From an uncultured Chromatiaceae bacterium (GTDB lineage Bacteria; Pseudomonadota; Gammaproteobacteria; JAADHS01): a DNA stretch of 64,000 nucleotides. The DNA lies in the NCBI GenBank assembly GCA_964421045.1, contig CAYQVF010000004.1, positions 16,846 to 80,845 of the forward strand, written 5' to 3'. The position numbers were made by a program, and so were the translations under genes. Below are positions 31,961 to 42,574 of this stretch, in pieces; within the stretch, counting starts at the first letter, position 1, and each line of letters starts with the position of its first letter. The notes below the pieces were generated by a model. The model saw only the letters and a list, made by a program, of their open reading frames with translations. It did no database searches and was not told where the DNA came from.

Positions 31961-32587
31961 ATGAGTAAAATGAAATATCTATTGGCCGGCTTAATCGCCA
32001 TTTTTATAACCGGTTGCGCGAGTTTTAACTCACCAGAATTAGTAAAACCTCAAGTAAATAGCAAAATAAAAACCCCCACCGCTATCGCTGTAGTTGACCA
32101 TCGGCCTTATGTTATTGATGGCGATAAGCAGCCCAATTTTGAAGGTCTAAATAGAGCTGCAGTTGGCATTCCGTATAGTGAAAAAACAGGCAACGAAGAG
32201 AACCTCTCTGATTATATTGGTCTCATTTTAAAATCAGGTCTACTGGCCAGTAACTCTGATATAAATTTAATTTCTACTCAGCACACGGATTCAAATAGTG
32301 ACGTTGAAAAAACACTATTGGCCAGCGCTGAAAATTACTTATATATTGAGCTAGTAGAAATGAAATACGACTTTCAAGCTGCTTTCAATGCTAAAGTACA
32401 TTATGACGTTAATATGAAATATTTAGATGGTACTTCAAAGCAAGTATTTTCTAAAAATTTCAGCGGTGCAGAATCGTTTTCAAAGTTTAGCAGTGGAAAA
32501 AACCAGATTAGAAATAATGTTCAAAACATTTATAAAGGGTTAATTGAATCCATTCTCAATGATCCTGATTTTCAACAATTTCTATGA
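31961..32587 (+). CDS. Hypothetical lipoprotein
   Basis: 208 aa; signal peptide with lipobox (FITGC|ASF); no recognisable domain. Confidence 0.5.
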   Translation: MSKMKYLLAGLIAIFITGCASFNSPELVKPQVNSKIKTPTAIAVVDHRPYVIDGDKQPNFEGLNRAAVGIPYSEKTGNEENLSDYIGLILKSGLLASNSDINLISTQHTDSNSDVEKTLLASAENYLYIELVEMKYDFQAAFNAKVHYDVNMKYLDGTSKQVFSKNFSGAESFSKFSSGKNQIRNNVQNIYKGLIESILNDPDFQQFL

Positions 32588-32684
32588 AATAAAGTTATCG
32601 TGTTAGCGAACTACTGCGGAGTCCAGGCTAAATCATCCGTTGCGCGGAACTCTTTAACTATTTATACTGTCTCACTTACATCAG

Positions 32685-33045
32685 GGGGCGACATGGCTTC
32701 GACGTGGATTGCAAAACCTGAGGTGCATGCCGAGGAACAGATAACCTCGTAAATCCAGCTGTTACACTTATAGTTGCCAACGATGACAACTACGCACTAG
32801 CTGCTTAAAAACCAGTTGTAGTGCCCTTTGACTGAGTACGTGCTTATGCGCTCAGAACCAAAGGTCGACTCTCATAAGATCGCGATGAAGCGTGTTCGGC
32901 GTGAATTCGTTAAACACTTACCGAACTCATCTGCCGTTTTCCCTGCCCGTCGGGTAGCGACAGATTAAATTAAAGACGGTATAAGCATGTAGAGCCAAAG
33001 GCAGAGGATTTGCGGACGCGGGTTCAATTCCCGCCGCCTCCACCA
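32685..33045 (+). ncRNA. ssrA: tmRNA (SsrA), tag peptide ANDDNYALAA
   Basis: 5' GGGGCGACATGGCTTCGACGTGGATTGC (tRNA-like acceptor/D region), resume codon + tag reading frame GCC AAC GAT GAC AAC TAC GCA CTA GCT GCT TAA, 3' end ...GGACGCGGGTTCAATTCCCGCCGCCTCCACCA (T-arm + CCA). Confidence 0.92.
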
Positions 33046-33080
33046 ATTTAATGTCCTAACACATCTTAAAATAGCCCTAA

Positions 33081-33105
33081 AGCCCGCATCTTGCGGGCTT
33101 TTTTA
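33081..33105 (+). terminator. Rho-independent terminator of ssrA
   Basis: AGCCCGCA-tct-TGCGGGCT hairpin followed by T6. Confidence 0.75.
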
Positions 33106-33293
33106 TCCTAAAAAACGCAGTTCGACGCGAATGTACCCCAATGGCACTTCTTTCAGAGCCTATAGCACAAGATATGGATTCACCTGACTATACGGAAAAA
33201 GTCTCATCACCAATAAGAAACCCTCGCATGCAATTCAGCTCATAGTGTGGGCTCACCCAAGGGGTGAAGAAATAAAGCAACGGTGACAGCTTA

Positions 33294-33471
33294 GGAATGG
33301 GTACGTAATAACTTCCCGTTTTAGAATCTCATCTTCAACTCGTCTTTGCCCGTTCTTCAATCTCAAAACCTCGAAATAAGAGCGACTATTCCTGCGCTTT
33401 TGCTCAATCAAAACGAACAAATATAAGCTAAATCTGAGCCCAAAAACGGGAAGTTATTACGTTCCTATTCC
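33294..33471. repeat. Inverted-repeat-flanked 178-bp element (MITE-like) between ssrA and LuxR-family gene
   Basis: 29-bp imperfect IR: GGAATGGGTACGTAATAACTTCCCGTTTT (33294-33322) vs AAAACGGGAAGTTATTACGTTCCTATTCC (33443-33471), 26/29 complementary; no ORF inside. Confidence 0.6.
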
Positions 33472-33518
33472 TTATATTACAATCAGTTACACCTTATTGA
33501 GAGCGGTCAACTACATTA

Positions 33519-34235
33519 TTATATTGGAGCCTCTATCAACCCCTTTGAAATGGCACGAGCGACGGTGTGATAGCGATTCGATGTTTCAAGCTTTGTTGCG
33601 GCGTTCTGAAGATGAAATACGACCGTGCGTTTGGTAACACTGAGTATCATTCCTATTTCTTCGTTGGTTTTACCAAGTGCAGCCCAGTGCAAACATTCAA
33701 GCTCGCGTTGAGTGAGCTTTACGGTCGCAGAAAGAATACTTATTGCTGGAGAGTTTACTGCTTTATAAATATTTTTCACAAATTCTTGCGCACGCGAGAA
33801 CTGAGCCGCGCTTAGAGAACGGCACTGTTGCTCAAGTGTCGCGGTCAATATTAACACCGCCGTCGCCTCATTTTGCTCATATACTGGAAAACTCACACTG
33901 TTTACCAGAGGCATGTTTATATTGGAACTTAATAACGCGGTGACTAACTGCTTTTTTATATCACTTGGAAATTTAGAAAAAAGAGCGTCTATTCGATCAC
34001 TACTAAAGCCTTCTTGCTTGGAAATTCGAATCAAACCTGTTGCTCGCTCACTGTATTTAACCCGGTCTCCACTAGAACCTTGAATGATGATCAAGCGCGG
34101 CAGTTCTCTATTTTTGTTTTTGCTAATAAACAAAAAATGTTGGAAACCAAACCCTTTACACAAGTTACTACAGGCTTGATGTATTTTTTCACTACCCAGC
34201 GATGGGAGAAACGAAGGGGATTTGGTGTCTTGCAT
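33519..34235 (-). CDS. LuxR/GerE-family HTH transcriptional regulator with uncharacterised N-terminal domain
   Basis: 238 aa; C-terminal LuxR-type HTH (LTQRELECLHWAALGKTNEEIGMILSVTKRTVVFHLQNAATKL); N-domain lacks the conserved autoinducer-binding W/Y/D residues I could recognise. Confidence 0.65.
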   Translation of the reverse strand: MQDTKSPSFLPSLGSEKIHQACSNLCKGFGFQHFLFISKNKNRELPRLIIIQGSSGDRVKYSERATGLIRISKQEGFSSDRIDALFSKFPSDIKKQLVTALLSSNINMPLVNSVSFPVYEQNEATAVLILTATLEQQCRSLSAAQFSRAQEFVKNIYKAVNSPAISILSATVKLTQRELECLHWAALGKTNEEIGMILSVTKRTVVFHLQNAATKLETSNRYHTVARAISKGLIEAPI

Positions 34236-34538
34236 CTCTCTTTACTATTAAGTTAAAGCACCTCATTCTCTAGCGAGATCACTTGTATATTGAGCCTAGA
34301 AGGCTGTCCGAAAATAGAGAACCTGCTGCGGAAAAACCATTTTGGCCAGAAGTATATCACTTTGCAACAGATGGAATATATTCGGTTTTTGGATCCATTA
34401 TAAAAAACACCTCTGACATGAAATAAAGTACATCTGGACTGGGTATTGATAAGATGCGCCAGTGAGCATGGCGTTTAGCTGCCACGTGATCCATAACCAA
34501 AACTCTGAAAGCAAGTCACCGGGAGAGCCATTTTAATA

Positions 34539-35264
34539 ATGAACGAATCATCCATCGCCAATATATCTCTATTACAACTGGGGTTATCATTTACGCTCGT
34601 TATTCCAGTATTAATTATCTTATATCGATGGCATTTGGGTGCGGGTAACGCCGTCTATGCACTGGCCAGAATGTTGATTCAGCTATTAATCGTTGGCTAT
34701 CTGCTCGCATTTATTTTTAGCGAAGAAAATGTATTAATAATCTGTATAGTGATCACGGTGATGATTATCAGCGCCAGTTGGATCGCACTAGGCCCTGTAC
34801 ATCAGCATCGTCGCAACTTGTATGGCCCCGCTATGATTGCCATCGTTATACCCGGCGTACTGAGCCTATTCATCATTACTCAGGGTGTCTTATCTTTAAA
34901 CCCGTGGTACGAACCCCGTTACCTCATTCCATTAGCCGGGATGGTCTTTGCTAACGCAATGAATAGCGTGAGTCTCGCCGCCGAGCGTATTCAAGCCGAA
35001 ATAAGCAGAACATCACATTACCTAGAAGCAAGAACCATTGCCTTTCAGGCTTCTATCATTCCAACCATTAATTCTTTATTCGCCGTCGGTTTGGTCAGCT
35101 TACCGGGCATGATGACGGGACAAATTTTATCGGGCGTCTCCCCCCTCATCGCTGCGCGATATCAAATTGTGATCATGTGTATGGTTTTTGGCTCCGCAGG
35201 ACTGGCCTCTGCTCTATTTTTAACACTGAGCCGTCGGCATTATAAAAAAGACGTTTTCAAATAA
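34539..35264 (+). CDS. UPF0014/FetB(YbbM)-like ABC-type permease (orphan, no adjacent ATPase)
   Basis: 241 aa polytopic membrane protein; architecture and conserved C-terminal region (PGMMTGQILSG..P..AARYQIVIM) resemble FetB/YbbM iron-export permease family. Confidence 0.55.
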   Translation: MNESSIANISLLQLGLSFTLVIPVLIILYRWHLGAGNAVYALARMLIQLLIVGYLLAFIFSEENVLIICIVITVMIISASWIALGPVHQHRRNLYGPAMIAIVIPGVLSLFIITQGVLSLNPWYEPRYLIPLAGMVFANAMNSVSLAAERIQAEISRTSHYLEARTIAFQASIIPTINSLFAVGLVSLPGMMTGQILSGVSPLIAARYQIVIMCMVFGSAGLASALFLTLSRRHYKKDVFK

Positions 35265-35621
35265 CATAATAAAAAAATTTGACTCACATCATGGGTGTAT
35301 ATAAGTCAACACGTTACAAGACAAAGCACGATCATTTTCAACCTATGGCTCATCATTGGATGCCTACGCTCTACGGCTTCCTTCCTGATGCTTAATCCTG
35401 TAACCTTCAGATATTCCCCTGGTGCTTAAGATTTAGACTTAATCATTATGGGAGTTTCACAGGCTGGCACGGCATTTGAAACGTAACAGGGTCAATTTAG
35501 TAGACCCCCCCTAAAAGGGTACTTTTGTCCATCTTTCATTTGCGGCACTAAACTATTTCAGAGAGACACACTCTAACTATAGTATAGCTTCCATATATAC
35601 AAAAAAAACAACAAGTTACTT

Positions 35622-38600
35622 ATGAACATCCATAAAAAAAAACCTCAATTTTTCATTTTTCTGGAAAGGATCTATAAAAAAGTCACCTGGCTTGCTGCAT
35701 CGGATATCGTCTCGTATCCAAGGCGTGTAAAGCGAGTTCTTTTTCTTTTCCTGTTGTGCCTGCCCATCGTCAGTTTGGCCTCATCACTCCCTGAAAAACG
35801 CTTCTGGGTCACCGATGGCACAGTCAACGCGATAGTCAAAGCGAAGGCATCTATCTATATTGGAGGCGATTTTAATTATGTGGGGCCCAATACGGGACCC
35901 GGGGCGAGTCTGAATACCAGTAGCGCCCGACCCAACGCAGCAGACCCCATCATCAGCGGGGGGAAGCCAAACAGTGTGGTCTACGCGGTTCTCGCGGATG
36001 GTGAGGGGGGATGGTATGTTGGTGGCAATTTCACGACGGTAGGTACAGACCCCCTGACACAGTCACGCCTTAATTTAGTCCATATCCTGTCCAATTCAGC
36101 GATAAACCCCAAATTCAACCCGGCACCCAATGGTATTGTTCGCGCTTTGAGTTTTTCAGATGATGGCAACACACTGTATGTCGGAGGCGAATTTACGAGC
36201 ATAGGAGAACAAAACCGAAACCGCCTTGCTGCCGTCACGCTCGTTGATGGCAAGGCGACCAACTGGAACCCCTCTATCGATGACGGAGTTGTTTTTAACT
36301 TATTACTTGACGATGACAGCGATATAAATAATCGCATATTTATTGGCGGCAATTTTACCTCAGTCAACGGCAATACTAACGTAAGCGGCATAACCAGCCT
36401 CAAAACGGACGAGAATAGCGGCGCAATAACTACAGGCTGGCTACCCAGTTCATCGGTCAATACTGGCGGCACTGTTTACACGATGGAGCTGGACGCTAAC
36501 CGAGGAAAATTATATGTTGGCGGGGAGTTCACCAGCATTGGTAATCAGCCCCGTAACAATATAGCGGCCTTGAACCCCGACACCGGGGTAGCCAATAGCT
36601 TTGACCCTGATGCAAATACAAATACGGAGACGGATGGCGATAATGAATATGGACCCGTCTATTCCTTAAGTTTAAACAATGATGAAACCAGACTCTACGT
36701 CAGCGGGGCGTTTTTCAATATTGGCGGTGGCACACAAAACTATGTAGCCCGACTCCAAACCACCGACGATACTGATAATTTTGACAATAGCTGGACACCA
36801 ACAATTAATAACACTGTACGTTCTATATTCGTTGATGATTCCAGAGAAAAAGCAACTGACCGAGTTTACATTGGTGGTGATTTCACCAACGTTGGCAGGC
36901 AAGATCGAAGTTATCTTATTGCTTTTAACAATACCGGTCGCCAGACAGGTTGGTTCAGCAATGCGGATGGGCCTGTTCATACCATGGCACTCTCTGCTAA
37001 CGGGCAAAACATATTTTCTGGGGGAGACTATTTATCTATAGGCGGAACCAGCCGTAATAATTTAGCCCAGATTGATGACTCAACGGGAGCAGTATTAATT
37101 TGGGCACCTAGTATTAACGACGGCGCTATTCAGGCGATGGCCTTAAACGACGATGAAACGGCTTTGTATCTTGGTGGAGATTTTACGAGCATTAATACCA
37201 CAACCCGGAACCATATCGCTAAACTACACCTATCTAAAAATGATCTATACAACTGGGATCCCGACATGAACGCCCCTGTTCACGCCATCTCCCTCCTCAA
37301 TAAAAGCACGCCTATTCTTGATATTGTTATTGACCCCAACCAACCCAATACGATCTATATAGCAACTGAATTCGGCATCTACAAGTCTATCAATGGTGCA
37401 AACTCCTGGAGCGAAATGAACAATGGACTCTCAACATTATTTGTTAAAGACTTGGTGATTGACCCCACTCAAAGCACGACACTCTACGCCGCCACATGGG
37501 GTGGTGGGGTTTTTAAAAGTACGGATAGTGGTGCAAGCTGGGCCGTCATCAATTCTGGACTCACACAACGGGACGTAAGCACTGTCGCGATCACGTCCGA
37601 TGGTTCCACTGTTTACGCGGGTACAGAGGGTGGAAATAGAGAAGGTGGGTTATTTCACAGTAAAGACGGTGGAGCAACCTGGGTTCTTCGTGCTTTTGGT
37701 AATGTGAGACGGATCGCGCCCGACCCCAATAAAAGTAATTTACTCTATATGGGAACAACGAATGGACTATTCAGAATAGAGGATAGTGGCGAATTTGCGA
37801 CTGCGACTGATATAATCGGCACACTGGTTGACAAATCTATACTTGATATTCAAATTGACCCCACACCGGTTGCCGACGACACCCCTTCATCAATATTTAT
37901 TGTTACTAGTGGCACCATATTTTTTAGCGATGATGATGGGGAAAAATGGCTTAGACGCGACGTGGGACTCCCGGTTCGCAGTGTCTCACGATTAAGCCTG
38001 GATCACTCAAATCCCTCAATACTCTACGCGGCAACAACGATAAGAGGAGTATATAAAACAACGAACAGCGGTGAAGCATGGACCAGAAAAGTCACAGGGC
38101 TTGATAACGAATTCGTATTTTCGATTGCAACCCATCCCAACAATTCAAGCGATGTTTACGCGGGCACCTCCTCTACCTTACTCTACAAAAGTACCAATGG
38201 CGCAGATGATTGGGTAGAAGTGCATGATAATATTCCAAATGATATTCTTTTTGCAGGCGGTACATTTTCAAATACAATCACTCACCCGGACTACCTTGCC
38301 GCTATCGATACGACAAACAATGCCAATGATTACTTCATGGATTGGAACGCCTCCAGCGACAATACAGTCAACGATTTACTTCTTTCACAGGATGGGGGAA
38401 CGCTATTCGTAGGCGGTTCATTTACAACTATTGGAGGACAAGCACGCAACCGTATCGCCGCGCTTGGCACCAGCAACGGCATTGCCTTTACGGATTGGTC
38501 TCCAAGTATTGATGATGGTGTTGTCAATGCCTTAACCTTAAGTAATAACCAGGCTGTGCTTTATGCCGGAGGCAGCTTTACCAGTGCAGAAGCGTCCACT

Positions 38601-39647
38601 CGTAGTCGCTTGGTCGCGTTTAGTACCATTGATGGATTACTTCTGGATTGGAATCCAGGCGCATCCTATACAGATACGGATCCAGCGCCCGACCCAGAAA
38701 CTAACATTAGCGACCTGCTGGTCAGCAATTTTGACAACCTGGTCTATGCCAGTGGTACATTTACAAATATAGGGGGGAAAAGTCGAAACAATATCGCCTC
38801 GTTACGCACTACCGTAGAAACCAATAACGCAACGGACTGGACACCTGACCCCGACACAATCAATACAGGTCGACAAACCTTGGTAAGCAGCGGTCAATTT
38901 TTGCTTGTAGGTGGAAACTTTGACGCCATCAGTGACACAACCAGTCCCTCCTTTGCAGCCTATTTGTTCACCTCACCCACGGCCAAAGCAGACCCCATAG
39001 GCAGAAGCTTTAATTCCACCCAAACCATTACATTAAGCTGTGAGGATAAATCAGAAACCGGTTGCGCAAATATCTTTTTTACTACCGATGAAAATTTAAG
39101 TACAGCGACCTGGGAGATTTACACCAACCCCATCACCATCAGCATCCCCACCAAACTTTCTTTTTATGCAGAAGACAATGAGGGTACACGTAATGCGACT
39201 CAAACTGAAACCTATACGATTGACAGGAATCCACCAACTGTGTCGGCTGCTCTGCCTTCTGGAACCTACCCCATAACACAGACCGTTCCATTAACCTGCA
39301 ATGATGGAGACACCTCTGACAGCTCCGTTTCAAGCTGTGCCTCTGTCTTTTTTACTACGGATGGATCGACACCATCCTTCACAACGACGTTCAATGCAAA
39401 GAAAAACAGACTTGAATATGAAAAAAATGGCACCTCCGTTCTCTTGAGGAATTTCGCACCAATATTAATCACAGGTACATTAAAATTCGTCGCCGTAGAT
39501 AACGCGGGGAACAGCAGTGAAGTGATGAGCGAAGACTATGTCATCGAACGGGGTCTGGGCGCAACCGGGAGTTTATCAATAGGGGGGCTGTTTATTTTTA
39601 TAATATACTTACTCATGCGGCGACATTTATTTCGCGACCACGCCTGA
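35622..39647 (+). CDS. Giant secreted/surface repeat protein: tandem ~55-60-aa 'YVGGxFTSIG...RNxIAA' repeats + BNR/Asp-box beta-propeller + two chitobiase/hexosaminidase-C-like (FN3-associated) modules + GlyGly-CTERM-like tail
   Basis: 1341 aa. More than 8 copies of [LV]Y[VIL]GG[DES]FT[ST][IV][GN]..xRNxx[AL] repeats (delta-60/SBBP-like); five Asp-box motifs (SxNGANSW, STDSGASW, SKDGGATW, TNSGEAW, STNGADDW); two CxxxFFTTDxSTP modules; C-terminal GSLSIGGLFIFIIYLLMRRHLFRDHA = GG + hydrophobic helix + basic cluster. Probable true start is an internal alternative codon giving signal peptide VKRVLFLFLLCLPIVSLASS. Confidence 0.7.
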   Translation: MNIHKKKPQFFIFLERIYKKVTWLAASDIVSYPRRVKRVLFLFLLCLPIVSLASSLPEKRFWVTDGTVNAIVKAKASIYIGGDFNYVGPNTGPGASLNTSSARPNAADPIISGGKPNSVVYAVLADGEGGWYVGGNFTTVGTDPLTQSRLNLVHILSNSAINPKFNPAPNGIVRALSFSDDGNTLYVGGEFTSIGEQNRNRLAAVTLVDGKATNWNPSIDDGVVFNLLLDDDSDINNRIFIGGNFTSVNGNTNVSGITSLKTDENSGAITTGWLPSSSVNTGGTVYTMELDANRGKLYVGGEFTSIGNQPRNNIAALNPDTGVANSFDPDANTNTETDGDNEYGPVYSLSLNNDETRLYVSGAFFNIGGGTQNYVARLQTTDDTDNFDNSWTPTINNTVRSIFVDDSREKATDRVYIGGDFTNVGRQDRSYLIAFNNTGRQTGWFSNADGPVHTMALSANGQNIFSGGDYLSIGGTSRNNLAQIDDSTGAVLIWAPSINDGAIQAMALNDDETALYLGGDFTSINTTTRNHIAKLHLSKNDLYNWDPDMNAPVHAISLLNKSTPILDIVIDPNQPNTIYIATEFGIYKSINGANSWSEMNNGLSTLFVKDLVIDPTQSTTLYAATWGGGVFKSTDSGASWAVINSGLTQRDVSTVAITSDGSTVYAGTEGGNREGGLFHSKDGGATWVLRAFGNVRRIAPDPNKSNLLYMGTTNGLFRIEDSGEFATATDIIGTLVDKSILDIQIDPTPVADDTPSSIFIVTSGTIFFSDDDGEKWLRRDVGLPVRSVSRLSLDHSNPSILYAATTIRGVYKTTNSGEAWTRKVTGLDNEFVFSIATHPNNSSDVYAGTSSTLLYKSTNGADDWVEVHDNIPNDILFAGGTFSNTITHPDYLAAIDTTNNANDYFMDWNASSDNTVNDLLLSQDGGTLFVGGSFTTIGGQARNRIAALGTSNGIAFTDWSPSIDDGVVNALTLSNNQAVLYAGGSFTSAEASTRSRLVAFSTIDGLLLDWNPGASYTDTDPAPDPETNISDLLVSNFDNLVYASGTFTNIGGKSRNNIASLRTTVETNNATDWTPDPDTINTGRQTLVSSGQFLLVGGNFDAISDTTSPSFAAYLFTSPTAKADPIGRSFNSTQTITLSCEDKSETGCANIFFTTDENLSTATWEIYTNPITISIPTKLSFYAEDNEGTRNATQTETYTIDRNPPTVSAALPSGTYPITQTVPLTCNDGDTSDSSVSSCASVFFTTDGSTPSFTTTFNAKKNRLEYEKNGTSVLLRNFAPILITGTLKFVAVDNAGNSSEVMSEDYVIERGLGATGSLSIGGLFIFIIYLLMRRHLFRDHA

Positions 39648-40466
39648 ATGATCTTCAGGAATCAAGCTGAGCCAATCATGGCTTTTATCACCAACAACAA
39701 TAAAAGAATCATTCAATAATGATGACGTACAATTATACCTCAAAGGTAAACCATCCCACGCCATCAATGCTCCCCCCGCTTCATCAATAATAACCTGAGC
39801 TGCGGCCGTATCCCATTCCGATGTTTCTCCATAACGAACATAAAGATCGGCAGAGCCTTCGGCAACCAAACAGGATTTTAAAGAAGCGCCTCGAATCAGA
39901 ATTTCATAATCACCCAGACACCGCTTCAATTTTTGATAATGTTGATCAGATGACCTGATACTGGCAGCAAGGACGACCTTGCCGCCCTGCCAACTTCTTG
40001 TTCTGATACGCTCGGGCTCTTCGGCTCTATGTTTTTTAAATGCACCATAATTTTGTGCCGCGTAATAAACCACTCCGGTAACAGGAACATAGATCACACC
40101 TAACACCGGTATATGATGGTCAATCAACGCAATGTTAATTACAAATTCATCGGTTTTATTAATATACTCACGCGTCCCATCCAGGGGATCCACCAACCAA
40201 TAAGTTGACCATTTTTTCCGTTTTTCAAAGGGTATCGCCGTATCTTCTTCAGAGATAACCGGTAGCTCGGGTGTTAATGCTGCCAAGCCCGCCTTGATAA
40301 TGTTGTGTGACGCCAGGTCGGCATCGGTAACAGGGGAATGATCCGCTTTTTTCACTATTGAATATGCATCCTGATAGATATCGAGAATAGCAACCGTTGC
40401 CTGTTCTGCAATGCGAGAGACCGGAGCAAGTAGTTTTATAATTTCTTTTGTTTCCATTGAAATCAT
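39627..40466 (-). CDS. cysQ: 3'(2'),5'-bisphosphate nucleotidase CysQ
   Basis: 279 aa inositol-monophosphatase fold; metal-binding motifs (EED, WLVDPLDGT, WDTAA); 3' end overlaps preceding convergent gene by 21 nt. Confidence 0.85.
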   Translation of the reverse strand: MISMETKEIIKLLAPVSRIAEQATVAILDIYQDAYSIVKKADHSPVTDADLASHNIIKAGLAALTPELPVISEEDTAIPFEKRKKWSTYWLVDPLDGTREYINKTDEFVINIALIDHHIPVLGVIYVPVTGVVYYAAQNYGAFKKHRAEEPERIRTRSWQGGKVVLAASIRSSDQHYQKLKRCLGDYEILIRGASLKSCLVAEGSADLYVRYGETSEWDTAAAQVIIDEAGGALMAWDGLPLRYNCTSSLLNDSFIVVGDKSHDWLSLIPEDHSGVVAK

Positions 40467-40625
40467 CCCGTCCTATGTTGACAGATAGTGATGCGCGTGA
40501 CACTTAATCCTATCGTTGCATAAAAAATTAGGCTCAGTTGCTTTTAGAGCAACGGTTCTGCGTCACAATTTATGCAATGATAGGGTGTGACATTATCACA
40601 CAGACAATGTGTTAGGATAGCCAGA

Positions 40626-41276
40626 ATGATTAATTGGCATAATATAAGTACGGTACTGCTCGATATGGATGGTACATTGCTGGATCTGCATTTTGACAAC
40701 TATTTTTGGCAAGAATACCTGCCTGCAAACTATGCGCATCGCCGTGGGCTGGATTGGCTGACGACACAACGCATTCTCATCCCCAAATTTCAGAAACTCG
40801 TAGGTAGTTTAAATTGGTATTGTGTCGATTTCTGGTCAAAGGAACTCAACCTTGATGTCGAAACCTTAAAACGAGAAGTTGCTCATCGTATCTGCTTTAA
40901 ACCCACAACGCTCAAGTTTCTTGGCTGGTTGAAAAACCATGGCAAACGTTCCGTACTGGTCACCAACGCGCACCCCAAAAGTTTAAGTATTAAACTGGAA
41001 CACACTCATCTTGACCTCCACCTGGACAACATAATCAGTGCGCATGATCTTGGCATCCCTAAAGAAAATATCAATTTTTGGAATGAACTGCAAAAAATAG
41101 AGTCCTTTGACCCTGCAAGAACACTGTTAATCGACGATAATTTAATTGCTTTAAAAACAGCGCAACAATATGGCATTACACACCTTATTGCAATTCTTAA
41201 TCCTTGTTCAAAAGCACCTCATCAGACTACAAACGATTTCTTTGGAATTACTAATTTTGATGACATTCTGCCATAA
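40626..41276 (+). CDS. yrfG: HAD-family GMP/IMP nucleotidase YrfG-like
   Basis: N-terminus MINWHNISTVLLDMDGTLLDLHFDNYFWQEYLP closely parallels E. coli YrfG (..VDTVLLDMDGTLLDLAFDNYFWQ..); HAD motif I DxDGT; ORF track starts at 40587. Confidence 0.75.
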   Translation: MINWHNISTVLLDMDGTLLDLHFDNYFWQEYLPANYAHRRGLDWLTTQRILIPKFQKLVGSLNWYCVDFWSKELNLDVETLKREVAHRICFKPTTLKFLGWLKNHGKRSVLVTNAHPKSLSIKLEHTHLDLHLDNIISAHDLGIPKENINFWNELQKIESFDPARTLLIDDNLIALKTAQQYGITHLIAILNPCSKAPHQTTNDFFGITNFDDILP

Positions 41277-41335
41277 CCCTAATTTAGAAATAAGGCGATG
41301 ACTCTCTGAGTAGTTACAAAATAAGTACACATTCG

Positions 41336-42574
41336 CTATTTTTGAACATCGTCCTGAACTTCCCTCTCTAAATTGAACGTACTATGCAGTGCGCGTACTG
41401 CAAGTTCACAATATTTTTCATCCACAACCACTGATATTTTAATTTCGGAAGTGGAAATCATGCGAATATTGATACCTTCATCAGAAAGCGCTCTGAAAGC
41501 CATTGCCGCAACACCGGCATGTGATTTCATGCCCACCCCAATGACCGAGACCTTCACAATTTTATTATCACCACTCACTTCACGCGCACCCAATTCCTTC
41601 GCTTTTTTCTGCAGCAAAACAAATGCTTTATCGTAATCATTACGGTGTACAGTAAAGGTAAAATCTGTCGTGGCGTCTCGCCCTACATTCTGGATAATCA
41701 TATCGACTTCTATATTGGACTCGGCAACGACAGCCAATATATTCGATGCAATACCTGGCAAATCGGGGACACCCAAAATAGTTAGCTTAGCTTCATCTCG
41801 GTTAAATGCAATTCCCGATATCAGTGGTTTTTCCACACGCTCATCCTCAGCTGTTATTAACGTACCCTGTCCGTGTTCAAATGACGATAATACTCGCAAG
41901 GGAACCTGATATTTACTAGCAAATTCGACCGAACGAATTTGTAAAACCTTGGCACCCAAACTCGCCATTTCAAGCATTTCTTCATAGGTCATAAAATCAA
42001 GTCGACGCGCCTCGGGAACCACTCGAGGGTCGGTAGTATAAACGCCGTCCACGTCAGTATATATCTGGCATTCATCGGCATGCAACGCGGCAGCCAAAGC
42101 CACGGCGGTCGTATCTGACCCCCCACGACCTAAGGTTGTAATATTGCCCAACTCATCGACCCCTTGAAAACCAGCAACGACCACCACGCGCCCTTGCTTT
42201 AAGTCTTGATGGATATTTTTGTCGTCAATCGAGACAATACGAGCTTTAGTATGAGTGCTGTCGGTTAAAATGTGGACCTGTCCACCTGTATAGGATCTCG
42301 CAGGACACCCTCTCCTTGCTAGAGCCATGGCAAGCAAAGCGATGGTCACCTGTTCCCCCGTAGACAACAAAACGTCCATTTCTCGTAGACTCGGATCTGG
42401 GTTCGCACCTTTAGCCAGCGCCAACAAACGATTCGTTTCACCGCTCATTGCAGAAACAACAACAACGATATCATGACCACTTTGTTTTGCTTTGACTATT
42501 TTATCGGCTACCGTATTAATACGCTCAATACTGCCGATCGAGGTTCCTCCATATTTATGTACGATTAACGCCAT
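41336..42574 (-). CDS. lysC: Aspartate kinase
   Basis: 412 aa; N-terminal KYGGTSIGS amino-acid-kinase motif; two C-terminal ACT domains; start overlaps alaS stop by 1 nt. Confidence 0.9.
   Translation of the reverse strand: MALIVHKYGGTSIGSIERINTVADKIVKAKQSGHDIVVVVSAMSGETNRLLALAKGANPDPSLREMDVLLSTGEQVTIALLAMALARRGCPARSYTGGQVHILTDSTHTKARIVSIDDKNIHQDLKQGRVVVVAGFQGVDELGNITTLGRGGSDTTAVALAAALHADECQIYTDVDGVYTTDPRVVPEARRLDFMTYEEMLEMASLGAKVLQIRSVEFASKYQVPLRVLSSFEHGQGTLITAEDERVEKPLISGIAFNRDEAKLTILGVPDLPGIASNILAVVAESNIEVDMIIQNVGRDATTDFTFTVHRNDYDKAFVLLQKKAKELGAREVSGDNKIVKVSVIGVGMKSHAGVAAMAFRALSDEGINIRMISTSEIKISVVVDEKYCELAVRALHSTFNLEREVQDDVQK

Noticed and set aside
35465-35480. Sigma-54 promoter TGGCACG-gcat-TTGAA upstream of the giant repeat protein gene
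   Set aside because: -12 element lacks the conserved GC (TTGA instead of TTGC); kept only as a weak note.
32685-39700. Intact prophage/integrative element at ssrA
   Set aside because: No integrase, excisionase, phage structural genes or recognisable attR copy of the ssrA 3' end found by eye.
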